Shown here: piece by piece, positions 33,130 to 48,616 of the stretch
How positions within the stretch are numbered: position 1 is the first letter of the stretch
Layout: every line of letters starts with the position of its first letter
Origin: Podarcis muralis
Lineage: Eukaryota
Length of the DNA stretch: 64,000 bases
Assembly (NCBI RefSeq): GCF_964188315.1
Contig: NC_135666.1
Span: 1,674,001-1,738,000 of the forward strand
Direction of reading: 5' to 3'
The notes under the pieces: model-generated
Databases searched by the model: none
What the model saw: only the letters and a program-made list of their open reading frames with translations
What the model was told of the DNA's origin: nothing
Program-made: the position numbers and the translations under genes

Positions 33130-33216
33130 ATGTTTGATGTTTGATTATGTTTTTATGTGTTGGAAGCCGCCCAGAGTTTCTGGGGCAGCCCAGCCAGGTG
33201 GGTGGCGTATAAATAA

Positions 33217-33264
<48 letters not shown>

Positions 33265-33280
33265 TATTATTATTATTCCT
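33130..33280 (+). mobile_element. L2-type 3' end with (TTA)n tail
   Basis: tgttggaagccgcccagag...ggcgtataaataaa(tta)n. Confidence 0.7.
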
Positions 33281-33661
33281 TTGACATTTTATGATGTCAT
33301 ATTTGGCCTTTCTCCTCCTCCTACCCTGCCCATCTTCCCTCGACTCACAACATTCCCACACTCTATGTGATTCTATGATTCTCTAAGGGCTTTCCTGCTT
33401 TGCAGATCCCTTTCCACCTCCTCCTGTTTCTGGACAAAGGAGGAAGCAGCTCAGAACCCAGCCAGGAGGGTCCCGTCCCCCCCTACCCCCCCCCCCCAGC
33501 AAAACCCCATGAATCATTGTGTCTGGCAATTAACCAGAAAGTTGGCGCTTCGAGCTGACCCAGGAACGGCTGCGAGCGCAATTCCTGCATTGCAGGGGGT
33601 TGGACTAGAGGACCCTTGGGTCCCTTTCCAGAGAGTACAGCATAGTATGCAGAGAGGGATG

Positions 33662-33850
33662 AAAAATTCCTTCCAGTAGCACCTTAAAGACCAACTAAGT
33701 TAGTTCTTGGTATGAGCTTTCGTGTGCATGCACACTTCTCAGATACACGCATGCACACGAAAGCTCATACCAAGAACTAACTTAGTTGGTCTTTAAGGTG
33801 CTACTGGAAGGAATTTTTTGACTATGGCAGACCAACACGGCTACCTATCT
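33662..33850. mobile_element. Penelope-like element remnant forming a perfect 70-bp inverted repeat (33662-33731 and 33749-33818, 17-nt loop)
   Basis: The arms are exact reverse complements; the gtagcaccttaaagaccaac...gagctttcgtg motif resembles sauropsid Penelope-like termini (family assignment from memory). Confidence 0.65.
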
Positions 33851-33859
33851 GTAACAGAG

Positions 33860-34140
33860 AGGGATGGTTTTGTTCCCTCGGCTTTGCAAGGGTTAAAAGG
33901 AACCGAGCTGGATTCCTAGAGAGGAGAGGAAATGAAGGCGGGAGGAGTGTCCTCCAGAGCAAGAACCCCTCTCTTCCTGCAAGGGGCGGGGTGTGGAGAG
34001 GTGGTCCTTTTCGTGCGCAAGCGCTGTGTCGGGGGCGCCTCCTGGGACCTGGTGAGTCTCCTCTCTCTCCCCCCTTAGGGTGCAGTGGGGAGAAGGGGGA
34101 CCCAGGGCTGCAGGGGAGAGGGGGCGTCTGCCCCCTTCCT
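33860..34140 (+). promoter_or_regulatory. Promoter/non-coding exon 1 module of gene E (donor GT at 34052)
   Basis: Homologous to ~13200-13450, including ggcgcctcctgggacctg|gtgagtctcc. Confidence 0.6.
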
Positions 34141-35139
34141 CTCTGCAAAGCCAGATGGAGAGTTCTGCTGTGGGTCCGCTGCAACTCTCCTCTCTTTGTA
34201 CGCTGCCTGCCACTTGGGGGAAGGGTCTTTGGGTCAGAGAAAGAGAGCATGCAAATAAACCCCATGAAATGGGGATGAAAAAGTCGCATTTATTAACAGA
34301 GGTCGTAGCCGACTTGAACATTCAGACAACACATACGACAAAAACAAAAAAACCCCCTGCCAAAACTGACCTATGCAATGAATGAATGAATGTACTGCTT
34401 GCAATACAGATCCACCTTTAATACCCAGTTATAAGTGTATTTGCAAATATGTCAGGCAAAACTGATTACGGTGGAATTATAGAGTGATTGGGTGATGCTA
34501 AGTTATATCTGACTTAGCAATGTTTTGAAATGTTTAAGATTTTTTTTTTGTTAACTTTGTGTTAAATATGTATACTGTAGTTGACCTTCTCCTTTGTAAT
34601 GTTTTCTTTTGAAATCTTTTAAGATAATATTTTATCTTCCTGTTAATTATGTTGCTTTGACTGTATACTTCATATCTGACTTTCTTAAAAAATGTTTGAT
34701 TCTGGATTGTTTTATTGATGTTTAATATGCTGTAAACGGCTTTGAGATTTTTCTGAAAAATATAAAGCGGTATAGAAGTGAAATGAATAATAACAATAAT
34801 AATAATGTTGAACATTGGAAGACGGAGGGCAAAGAAAAGAAAGTGCTTCTTTATGCAGTGCAGAGTTAAACCTGGTACACTCCAGTGCTTGGGGCAAAGA
34901 AAGAAGCTGGGAGATGGCTCATATGGGAGTGGAGGAAAAACCTGGTTGAATGCAACCGGACACTGGTGAGGGCTCATCATGGACTCTGCCTAGTGGCAGG
35001 GAAGGCAGCACAGAAGCTTCCATTGCACGCTCATGGACAGCAGAGCTGTTCCAGGTAGTGTGGAATCCTTTACAGTCGGCAGCAGCTCACTGCGGCTTTT
35101 TTGCAAATCCTTTTGAGGATAAAATCACTTGAATCCACC

Positions 35140-35870
35140 AAGACCTTGAGTTTGCTGTAATAGCAGATGAATCTCATGGTTTGTCCAGAGCCCTTACTGA
35201 TCCTGTTGTGTTGGATGAGTTTCAGTTAGTGAGACTCGCGGATGTGGACAAGTTCCCAGATCAGTCAGTGCAACCACTTGCAGTCTGGACCTTTGTCCTT
35301 CTTCGATGAGAAGAAATAGCACTGAGGTCCAGCTCTGAGGGCCTTCTGGTGGTTCCCTCACTGCGAGAAGTGAGGTTACAGGGAACCAGGCAGAGGGCCT
35401 TCTTGGTGGTGGCGCCCGCCCTGTAGAACGCCCTCCCAGCAGATGTCAAGGCAATAAAAAACTATTTTACTTTTAAAAGACAACTGAAGGTGGTCCTGTT
35501 TAGGGAAGTTTTTAATGTCTGATGCTGTATTGTTTTTAATATTCGGTTGGAAGTCGCCCAGAGTGGCTGGGGGAAACCAGCCAGATATTATTATTATTAT
35601 TATGGCAGGGAGGAGACAGCTAGCTGGGCCAGGGAGATGGTCATTGCCTCCCTGCATAAGTGGGTGGTCCTTTCCTGCCTGAAGGAGGCGGGGGCAGAAC
35701 CAACCACTTCTCAAGAAACCCTCCCTGCATTTGGAAAATCTAAGTAACTGCAGGCCAGTTGCCAGTCTCCCCTTATTGGGCAAGGTTCTTGAGAGGTTCA
35801 TAACGGACCAGATCCAGGCGTTCCTGGAGGAAATTGATTTCCTAGATCTGTTTCAACCGGGGTTAGGTCC
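35140..35870 (+). mobile_element. Cluster of decayed L2 fragments in intron 1 of gene E
   Basis: L2 3' end (35325-35570) and an RT piece NCRPVASLPLLGKVLERFITDQIQAFLEEIDFLDLFQ. Confidence 0.65.
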
Positions 35871-36319
35871 ACTTTTGAACACATACGTATCTGGGCCTCA
35901 GAACAAAGACAAAAGGACCTCACCAAAGTAGTATGAGAACGTTGCAGATTTCAAGTGCTAGAAAAAGTGACCGAAGCAGGAAAGAAATGTGCACTGGAGT
36001 GGGAGGGAGAGCAACTCTTATGGACCCCAGGGTTAGCACCCCAAGTCTAGCTCAGTGTCCAAATTACACTCGGTACAAATGACTCTTCAATCGCAGTTCT
36101 AATGGCATACGTTCACTGCAAACACTGAAAGGTGGAAGAAACCAGGCCTTTCATCTCACAAGACTCAGCCATGCTTAATTCAGGGAACATTTTTATTCTC
36201 CTGACCGTGTATCAGTTTTATAATGGAACAATCTATTTGCTTTGTAGAAGTTGCTAGCCCCTGTTGGCAGAAGACCAAGGGGTTCGTTCCGATCTCTTGG
36301 AAGCTTCCTGAGAGCCCAG

Positions 36320-39694
<3,375 letters not shown>

Positions 39695-39718
<24 letters not shown>

Positions 39719-41400
39719 TGCAGCCTAGAATAGCATTAGCTCTCTTTTTGGCTGCTGCTGCATCACTGTTCACACATGTAGAGCTTGCAGTCCACTAAGA
39801 CCCCTAGATCCTTTTCACATGTACTATTGGCAAGCCAGGTGTCTCCCATCGTATATTTATGCCAAAGTGTGGAACCTGACATTCGTCCCTATTGAATTTC
39901 ATTTTGTTAGTTTGTTCCCAGTTCTCCAATTCTGTGTTCTGGGGCATTAGCTACCCCTCCCAGTTTGGTGCCATCTGCAAATTTGATGAGCATCCGCTCA
40001 GTTCCTTCATCTAAATTGTTTATAAAGATGTTGAACAACAACGGGCCCAGGACAGATCCCTGTGGCACCCCACTTGTCACTTTTTTCCTGGATGATGAGT
40101 GTCAGGGAACTGACATCAGAGACTAGCGGAGAGAGAAGTCGCCCCAATGATGCAGGGGAGGGAACTAGCAAGGAGAGAGAGAGAGTTTCCGCGGGGGAAG
40201 GGAATCAAGGTGACACCAGGAAGAAAGGGGAGGCTGAGAGTACTTTGGAGGGAAGGCTCAGGGACTCTTCCAGTTTGATCAGCGGGGAGAGTGCAGGACC
40301 TCCGCTTGGCACGACCACTCTGCGCAGAAGGCTTCCACGCAGAGAAGCTAGGCGGAGACTTGCTGTCAAGGAATTCTTATGTTGGAAGAAGTTCAGGAAA
40401 CGCCCACTGACGGATTCTGCCAGCGATTGAGGCAACCGCGCATAAGGGCTGTCCAGCCAGGGAAAGGTTTAACCACCCAAGCAGCTTGGAGCAGTCTGTG
40501 GCTTACACAGAAGCAACCCCAATTCCCATTACAATGAGGAACTGTTAATGAGTCCTCTTTGGGGTCAGTCAGTCAGCCAGCTACAAATTCACCTAACAGT
40601 TACCTCGTTCAGCCCACATTTTACCAGCTTCCTCGTGAGAATATCACGGGGGACTTAGTCAAAAGCCTTACTGAAATCAAGATACACTATGTCCACAGGA
40701 ATTCCCCTGATTGACCAACTTGTTACTCCATCAAAAAAAGAAATTATATTGGTCTGGCATGACTTATTTCTGAGAAACCCATGCTGGGTTTTAGTAATCT
40801 AAGTGCTCTCAGACAGACACCTGAATTATATGTTCTAGGACTTTTCCTGGTATTGATGTCAAGCTCACCGGTCAGTAGTCACCTGGGTCTCCCTCCCCCC
40901 TTTTGAAGGTGGGGACATTTGCATGCTTCCAGGCTGCAGGGACCTCACCTGTTCTCCAAGAATTCTCAAAGATTATAGAAAGAGGCTCTGAGTTTACATC
41001 TGCAAGCTCCTTTAATACCCTTGAGTGCAGCTCATCAGGCTCTGGAGATCTGAATTCATTTATTCCCTTACTACCTCTTTTCCTATCTTGGGCTGCAGCT
41101 GTCTCCTTGCACCATTGATTCTGTTATCAGCTTGGGCACTGCTTTCTTTTGGGGGAAGACGGACGCAGAGTAGGTGCTGAGTGGTTCAGTCTTCTCTCAG
41201 TCACCCAACAGCGTTTCTCTGTCCTTTCCACGCAGAGAACCTTCCACTGGCTTGTTCTTCCTCTTGCTTTGAACACAGCTGAATAAAACTTTTAAAATTA
41301 TTTTCAATCTCTCTTCCAAGCCTGAGCTCATTCAGAGCGTTGGCCTGCCCAGACCTCCCTGCAACTGTTGGCTACTCGTGTATACTCCTTTGTGATTTCT
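39695..41400 (-). mobile_element. Old CR1 ORF2 fragment, antisense, interrupting the ZNF exon of gene E
   Basis: Colinear with the RT region of the CR1 at ~45120-46400 (ttgatgcagcc, catctgcaaatttgat, ctttgcatgcttcc-like and ccaagcctgagctcatt segments); right boundary approximate. Confidence 0.8.
40100..40533 (+). mobile_element. Solo LTR (434 bp) nested in the CR1 fragment, with an open U3 frame (40101-40430)
   Basis: TGTCAGGG...TTACA termini, 5-bp TSD ATGAG (40095-40099 and 40534-40538); the CR1 sequence resumes in register after removal. Confidence 0.8.
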
Positions 41401-41824
41401 CCTTTCTTCCATTTGCTATACGTTGCCATAGCAGTGAGACCAGTGGGAATTTCATTCCTCGTGTTGCAGATGCGTGATTGTTGCTGTCACGCGTCTGTTT
41501 ACATTCCACAGTGTTGGATGTCATGGGAACGGAAGTTCCGATACGCTGTTTCCGTGATAATGCTTTTGCTTTTCCCTTCTCTTGCTGATGAAGAAAGTAA
41601 GAGGAGCCATGTTTTCCTTTGTCCTGTAAATAATAAACATAGTGCTTCGTATCCATGCCTCAAGCCTCACTTTCACTGTCTGTTGATACTGTGTGCAGAT
41701 GTTTACGGATATCTGTTGCACTGGTGGCTCGGGAGGAAGATCAATCACCCGAGTGGCACTTCGAAGAGAGTAACACACCAGCCGTGGTGTTGATTTCCCA
41801 ATATATCAGTACCATATCAGATAA

Positions 41825-41945
41825 ACTATATCAGTGCTTGGAATGTGGAAAGGGCTTCAGTCAGAGGGTCAATCTCAATGGCCCTTCAAAGAACTCATGG
41901 CAGGGAGAAACCATATAAATGGCTGTGTGTGAATTTAATTTGAGG
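41825..41945 (+). pseudogene. Orphan terminal zinc finger of gene E, stranded behind the inserted elements
   Basis: [16 protein letters not shown] followed by gagaaaccatataaatggctgtgtgtgaattt, resembling the terminal gagaaaccaaacaatggccgtatatgaattt of gene H. Confidence 0.7.
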
Positions 41946-42999
41946 ACACTTTATGAATGTGCAGGTGAGGATTGCAACAGTGTTCTTCTCATTTGGCAAT
42001 CCAGCAAAAAATTGTCATTGTCTCTCAAAACCATGGAGTGCACACACCCTCAGTGCCCAACATCTCTTCCTAGCCAGATCTGTGAGGTGCAAGTCACTGG
42101 GCAAGGGGTTGAATACCTGCTTCATGTCATGTCTGCAATTTGCCAGCAATTCATGTACTTCAGGAGCCTCCAATTTACTAATATGTGGTGCTCCTGAACG
42201 CCACTGCCATCCTCGGCACGTCCAGGATGGTGGTCGTGTCCCCTTGAAGCTCTTTCTGGTTTCTGTTCAACACACACACACACACACACACACCTTCCAG
42301 AAAAGCCACAAGTTTCAGGCTTCCCTCTGTGAGAAGCATAAGCTGAGGATTCCCTTCCTGCTGTCCTCCTTCGATTATTCTAAGTACATTCAGAGCAGAT
42401 GCAAGGAGCAAAGGATTGTATCCAGGATGAAGAAAGAGCTTTCTGTTTGCTGTACTTCAGAGGTGATTGGGAGCAATGGCAAGCAGTCCAGACCCCACTT
42501 TCCCAAGCCAGGTGGAAAAGGCCTGCAAGGCAAGGAGCAGGTCTCTCAAGATGGTCCCTGGCCTCTCCAGCAACCTCTTCAGTGGAGACAGAGTGTGAGA
42601 GTAGTGGTTGTTGTCAAGCTCGACTAGTAGTAGAGAAACAGCATTGTAACACCTATTGTAATCAGGTGACAAAAAGAGGAGCAGGAACATTTGAAATCAT
42701 AAGTTTATGTACCCAACATTATTTGAAACCCTTGTGTTTGTTTTAATAAATCAGTTGCATTCCACCACACATCTCCCCCTTTGGTAGGTTAGGAGTGAAG
42801 GTCCTCTCTCCCCAAGGTGGCAGCGGGAATAAAGCGGTGCTCTGATGAAAGACCCAGTCAAGACCCAGCTCATAGCTGTGCATCTGGAATAAAATGGGGA
42901 GGGGGCACAAGGGTGGGTGGGCGGTGCCAGAGCACCTAGGAGCGAAGGCAGTGCAGTGTGTGGGGCTTGTTGTTGACTCCTGCTTTCAAGAGAGAAACC

Positions 43000-43300
43000 A
43001 CAGAGGGAGAGAGGGGTGAGCCACATGCGTTCGGCTTTGCAAGGGTTCAAAGGAACTGAGCTGGATTCCTAGCAGGGCAGGAAATAAAAGCAGGGGAAGG
43101 GTCCTCCAGTGCAAAAGCACCTTTCTGCAAGGGGAGGCAGGTGGCTGTTGCATCTCTGCTTCTCCAAAGCTGCCTCTGTGGAGCCTCCTGGAACCTGGTG
43201 AGTCTCCTTTCTGCCTTAGGGTGCAGTGGGGAGAAGGGAGGAGAGGGGGGCCCAGGGCTGCAGGGGGAGGAGTGCTAATGCATGGAGAAGACCCCCAAGT
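43000..43300 (+). promoter_or_regulatory. Promoter/non-coding exon 1 module upstream of SCAN remnant G (donor GT at 43198)
   Basis: Homologous to 33860-34140 and 13200-13450. Confidence 0.55.
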
Positions 43301-43340
43301 CTGGGAGAAGAGGGCCAGGGTGGCCATGAGTTTGCAACTA

Positions 43341-43558
43341 CAGTGGTACCTTGGGTTAAGTACTTAATTCGTTCCGGAGGTCCGTACTTAACCTGAAACT
43401 GTTCTTAACCTGAAGCACCGCTTTAGCTAATGGGGCCTCCTGCTGCTGCTGCGCCGCCGGAGCACGATTTCTTAACCTGAAGCACTATTTCTGGGTTAGC
43501 GGAGTCTGTAACCTGAAGCATATGTAACCTGAAGCGTATTTAACCCGAGGTACCACTG
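43341..43558. mobile_element. Tc1/mariner-type MITE
   Basis: TA-cagtggtaccttgggtta...taacccgaggtaccactg-TA. Confidence 0.85.
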
Positions 43559-44506
43559 TAGTCTTCCTTTAGATCCATACACTGCTTGCCACTTCTGCGG
43601 TGTGTGTGTGTCTTCAGGTCAGGAAAGATTTCATGCAAATAAACCCCATTCAGATTGATGAATACGTCACATTTATTAACAGGAGTTGTGGGCAGATGGA
43701 AACATTTGTGTAGGAATAACAGAGGACGAGGGGAGGTTGGATGCTGGTGAGCTGTGCAGAGGCTCCTTTTATTAACAGGAGTTGTGGGCAGATGGAAACA
43801 TTTGGACGTAGAATATGCACAAAATACAAAGACAAAAACCTGACCTGTGCAGTAAGGACTGTTGGAAGATGGAGGGCAGAGAGAAGAAAGTGCTTCTTCA
43901 TAGATGCCCACCAAGCTAGATGGCTTTTAAAAAGGCACATGACCAATGTGTGGAACTGTGGGCGGCTCCTTGCCCTTTGGGCTGTGCTCTGCAGTGCTTC
44001 CAAATCCCAGATGCCGGGCACCACAGGTGGAAAGTGTTGCCCTTGCGCTCCAGTCCTGCTGGGGGGCTTCCCAGAGGAGGCCCCTGGTTGGCCCTTGTGA
44101 GAACAGGAGCGGGGGCTCCATGGGGGAAAGTTCACAGGGCTCTCAAAGGCAGATCTTGATCCTTGTCTCTCAGAGAAGCAGGTAGGCCCTCCCAGCTCTC
44201 ACCTGGGAGCTGCCCTTTCTTCTCCCAGCCCATGGGCATAGCCAAGGGGCAGCAAGGAGGGACAGCTGCCAACCCCCAATTTTAAAAAAAATCAGAAGTA
44301 CATAGCTAAGGAGGTTCTCCCCCCCCAAAAAAAATATCCTGGCTAACCCCAAAAGCTTCCCTCCCTCCCTTGCCTCTCACACAGGGTCCTTTGCCAGCCA
44401 GCCATCATCTTCCAGTGGGTGCCCCCATTAACCCCTTCAGTTGCCTGCATATTTTGAGTGGTCACTGTCCCTCTAGGAGGGATAGAGGTTTACTTCAGCT
44501 TCTTCC

Positions 44507-44563
44507 TGTTAACGGAGAAATCTGAGGGCTCGCTTGGACAAAAAACAAGGACACCAGCCAGGA
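44507..44563 (-). mobile_element. Terminal piece of a split LTR (family of 24673-25399); remainder starts at 50659
   Basis: tgttaacggagaaatctgagggctcgcttggacaaaaaacaaggacaccagccagga aligns with 24673-24727. Confidence 0.7.
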
Positions 44564-44892
44564 ATAGAATCATAGAATCATAGAGTTGGAATAGACCACA
44601 AGGGCCATCGAGTCCAACCCCCTGCCAAGCAGGAAACACCATCAGAGCACTCCTGACATATGGTTGTCAAGCCTCTGCTTAAAGACCTCCAAAGAAGGAG
44701 ACTCCACCACACTCCTTGGCAGCAAATTCCACTGTCGAACAGCTCAGGAAGTTCTTCCTAATGTTTAGGTGGAATCTTCTTTCTTGTAGTTTGGATCCAT
44801 TGCTCCATGTCCGCTTCTCTGGAGCAGCAGAAAACAACCTTTCTCCCTCCTCTATGTGACATCCTTTTATATATTTGAACATGGCTATCATA

Positions 44893-47537
44893 TCACCCCT
44901 TAACCTCCTCTTCTCCAAGGCTAAACATGCCCAGCTCCCTTAGCCGTTCCTCATAAGGCATCGTTTCTAGGCCTTTGACCATTTTGGTTGCCCTCCTCTG
45001 GACACGTTCCAGTTTGTCAGTGTCCTTCTTGAACTGTGGTGCCCAGAACTGGACACAGTACTCCAGGTGAGGTCTGACCAGAGCAGAATACAGTGGCACT
45101 ATTACTTCCCTTGATCTAGATGCTATACTCCTATTGATGCAGCCCAGAATTGCATTGGCTTTTTTAGCTGCCGCGTCACACTGTTGGCTCATGTCAAGTT
45201 TGTGGTCAACCAAGACTCCTAGATCCTTTTCACATGTACTGCTCTCAAGCCAGGTGTCCCCCATCTTGTATTTGTGCCTCTCATTTTTTTTGCCCAAGTG
45301 CAATACTTTACATTTCTCCCTGTTAAAGTTCATCTTGTTTGTTTTGGCCCAGTTCTCTAATCTGTCAAGGTCGTTTTGAAGTGTGATCCTGTCCTCTGGG
45401 GTGTTAGCCACCCCTCCCAGTTTGGTGTCATCTGCAAATTTGATCAGGATGCCCTTGAGTCCATCATCCAAGTCGTTGATAAAGATGTTGAATAAGACCG
45501 GGCCCAAGACAGAACCCTGTGGCACCCCACTAGTCACTCTTCTCCAGGATGAAGAGGAACCATTGATGAGCACCCTTTGGGTTCGGTCAGTCAGCCAGTT
45601 ACAAATCCACTGAGTGGTAGCATAGTCAAGGCCGCATTTTACCAGCTTCTTTACAAGAATATCATGGGGCACCTTGTCAAATGCCTTGCTGAAATCAAGG
45701 TAGGCTACATCCACTGCGTTCCCTTCATCTACCAGGCTTGTAATTCTGTCAAAAAATGAGATCAGGTTAGTCAGAAATCCATGCTGACTATTGGTGATCA
45801 CAGCATTCCTTTCTAGGTGCTCACAGACTGTTTGCTTAATGATCTGCTCCAGAATCTTCCCTGGTATTGATGTCAGACTGACTGGGCGGTAATTATTTGG
45901 GTCCTCTCTTTTCCCCTTTTTGAAAATAGGGACAACATTTGCCCTCCTCCAGTCTGCCGGGACTTCGCCTGTTTTCCAGGAATTCTCAAAGATGACTGCC
46001 AGTGGTTCTGAAATCACATCTGCCAGTTCTTTTAATACTCTTGGATGCAGTTCATCTGGCCCTGGAGACTTTAATACATCTAGACTAGCCAAGTATTCTT
46101 GTACTATCTCCTTAGTTATTCTGGGCTGTGTTTCCTCTGCTGAATCATTTGCTCCAAATTCTTCAGGTCGGGCATTGTTTTCTTTATCGGAGAAGACTGA
46201 GGCAAAGAAGGCATTGAGGAGTTCAGCCCTTTCTGTGTCCCCTGTTTGCATTTCACCATCTTCTCCTCTGAGTGACCCCACGGTTTCTTTGTTCTTCCTT
46301 TTGCTACGAACATACCCATAAAAGCCTTTTTTGTTGCTTTTAACCTCTCTAGCAAGCCTGAGTTCATTTTGTGCTTTAGCTTTTCTGACTTTGTATCTAC
46401 ACGTGCTGGCTATTTGTTTGAATTCCTCTTTGGTGGCTTCCCCCCCTTTCCATTTTTTGTACACATCCTTTTTTAATCTTAACTCAGTTAAAAGTTCTTT
46501 AGATAGCCACCCTGGCTTCTTTAGGCACCTTCCATGTTTCCGTCTCATTGGTATTGCCTGAAGTTGTGCTTTTACTATCTCCCTCTTAACAAACTCCCAG
46601 CCATCATGAACTCCCTTCCTTTTAGTATTACTGTCCATGGGATCTCACCCAGCACTTCCCTAAGTTTTATGAAGTTGGCTTTCTTAAAGTCAATAAATTG
46701 AGTCCTAGTATGTTTGGCTGCTCCTTTCCGCTGTATAGTAAACTTCAGAAGAGCATGATCACTCGCGCCTAATGATCCTTCCACTTCTACCCCACTAACC
46801 AGGTCATGAACATTGGTTAGGACCAGATCTAAAATGGCTGTTCCTCTTGTTGCTTCTCCCACTTTCTGGACAATGAAGTTGTCTGCAAGGCCAGTGAGGA
46901 ATCTGTTTGACCTTATGCTCTTGGCTGAGTTTGACATCCAACAAATATCCGGGTAATTGAAGTCCCCCATTACTACTATCTCCCTTCCTTTTGCATGCTT
47001 GGCCATCTGTTCCAGGAAGGCATCATCTATGTCCTCCGTTTGGCTTGGGGATCTATAGTAAACTCCCACAATGAGGTCACTGTTATTCTTCTCTCCCTTA
47101 ATTTTGACCCAAATGCTCTCACTTCGGCTTTGAGGTTCTAAATCTTGGATCTCTTCACAGGTATACACATCCCTGACATATAACGCCACTCCTCCTCCTT
47201 TCTTGTCTGGTCTGTTTCTCTGAAATAGATTGTATCCCTCCATTATTACATTCCAATCGTGGGACTTATCCCACCAGGTTTCAGTGATGCCTATTATGTC
47301 ATATTTAGTTTGCTGTACGAAGAGCTCAAGCTCATCTTGTTTATTTCCCATGCTTTGCACATTAGTGTACAGACATTGAAGTCCATTAATCATTCCTCCG
47401 TGTCCCTTATTTAAGGATTTTTTCCTCCCACCACTAGGTCTGTGTGCTGTTTGCTCCATTTGGTCTATGACATTTGGATGATCATCTTCATCAATTGATA
47501 GACTCCTACCTTCAGGAGCACTGTCTCCCTCCCCCAC
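44893..47537 (-). pseudogene. CR1 ORF2 (EN 46575-47537 plus RT 44893-46638), frameshifted
   Basis: EN motifs GITETWW, GVYYRSP, GDFNYPD, ILDLVL, SDH; RT motifs [18 protein letters not shown]; frameshift near 46600, a second one near the C-terminus, and an apparent short in-frame deletion at [13 protein letters not shown]. Confidence 0.88.
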
Positions 47538-47542
47538 ATTAG

Positions 47543-48616
47543 TCAGTTTAAAGCCCTCCTGATGAGGTTTCTGAGATTTTTGGCAAAAACATTCCTCCCA
47601 ACCGTTGTGAGGTGCAGCCCATTGCTTGCCAGAAGTCCATCTTTAATAAACTGCAGTCTGTGATCTAAGTATCCAAACCGTTCCTGTTTACACCATTTGC
47701 GAAGCCAGTTGTTCACTTCCACTATTTTTCCCTCTCTCCCTGGGCCACGTTGTTCAACTGGGAGGACAGATGAGATGACAATTTGTGCATTTGATTGCTT
47801 CAATTTCCTGTCCAGAGCCTCGTAGTCTCTTTTGATCTTCTGGAGGCTATTGCTTGCAGTGTCATTGGTTCCCACATGAACCAAGAGGAAGGGGTATTTG
47901 TCAGTGGGTTTTATGATTCCTTGCAGTCGTTCAGTTACATCTTGGATCTTAGCCCCGGGGAGACAGCACACTTCCCAAGACATCTTGTCAGGCCCACAGA
48001 TCACTGCTTCTGTTCCCCTCAGTAGGGAATCCCCTATCACCACTACACGCCTCCTCTTAGGTCTGGTCGGGGTTCTTCCGTGAGCTGTCTGTTCCAAGGT
48101 CGCCTGCACATTCCCTGAGGACTGACTTTGCTGCTCGTCTTCATATACCTGATCGACTGTAATGAGGGAGAGATCCTCAAATGGAGTCTGCTCTTCTTCT
48201 TCCATGCTAGGGGAGAGGACCTCAAAGCGATTGTGTATTTCTAAACAATCAGAGCGAACCCTGGGCCTCCTACTTCTTTGAGTCACGTTTCTCCATATAT
48301 GTGGCTCCTGTGTTGGTGAACTAGCCTCCTTCTCAGGGGAGTCCCCTGTCTCTTCCTTGGTGGAGACGGTGTGCTCTGTTGCTTCCAAGAAGAGCTCCAG
48401 CTCTCTAATTCTTTGGAGCGTAGCTACACGTTCCTCCAGTTGCTGGACTTTGTCTTGTAAGAGGGCAATCAACATGCAATTGCTGCAAGTAAAGCTGCCT
48501 GCAACCTTTGGCAAGATGGCAAACATTGCGCAGGAACTGCAGGCGACTGCAGCTGTTCCCTCACCCTCCATCTTGAGAACATATCGTTGGGGGTGACTAC
48601 AGCGGTCCTCCATCAT
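47543..48616 (-). CDS. CR1 ORF1 (zinc finger, coiled coil, SGNH/GDSL esterase-like domain), 357 aa
   Basis: CSSC...CSNC, coiled-coil VQQLEERV, RRVVVIGDSLLRG, HVGTND, GLHL. Confidence 0.88.
   Translation of the reverse strand: MMEDRCSHPQRYVLKMEGEGTAAVACSSCAMFAILPKVAGSFTCSNCMLIALLQDKVQQLEERVATLQRIRELELFLEATEHTVSTKEETGDSPEKEASSPTQEPHIWRNVTQRSRRPRVRSDCLEIHNRFEVLSPSMEEEEQTPFEDLSLITVDQVYEDEQQSQSSGNVQATLEQTAHGRTPTRPKRRRVVVIGDSLLRGTEAVICGPDKMSWEVCCLPGAKIQDVTERLQGIIKPTDKYPFLLVHVGTNDTASNSLQKIKRDYEALDRKLKQSNAQIVISSVLPVEQRGPGREGKIVEVNNWLRKWCKQERFGYLDHRLQFIKDGLLASNGLHLTTVGRNVFAKNLRNLIRRALN

Noticed and set aside
42300-42790. Possible minus-strand PPT plus LTR start (aaagggggaga-TGT at ~42770-42783)
   Set aside because: No second terminus, TSD or partner LTR could be found; left unannotated.
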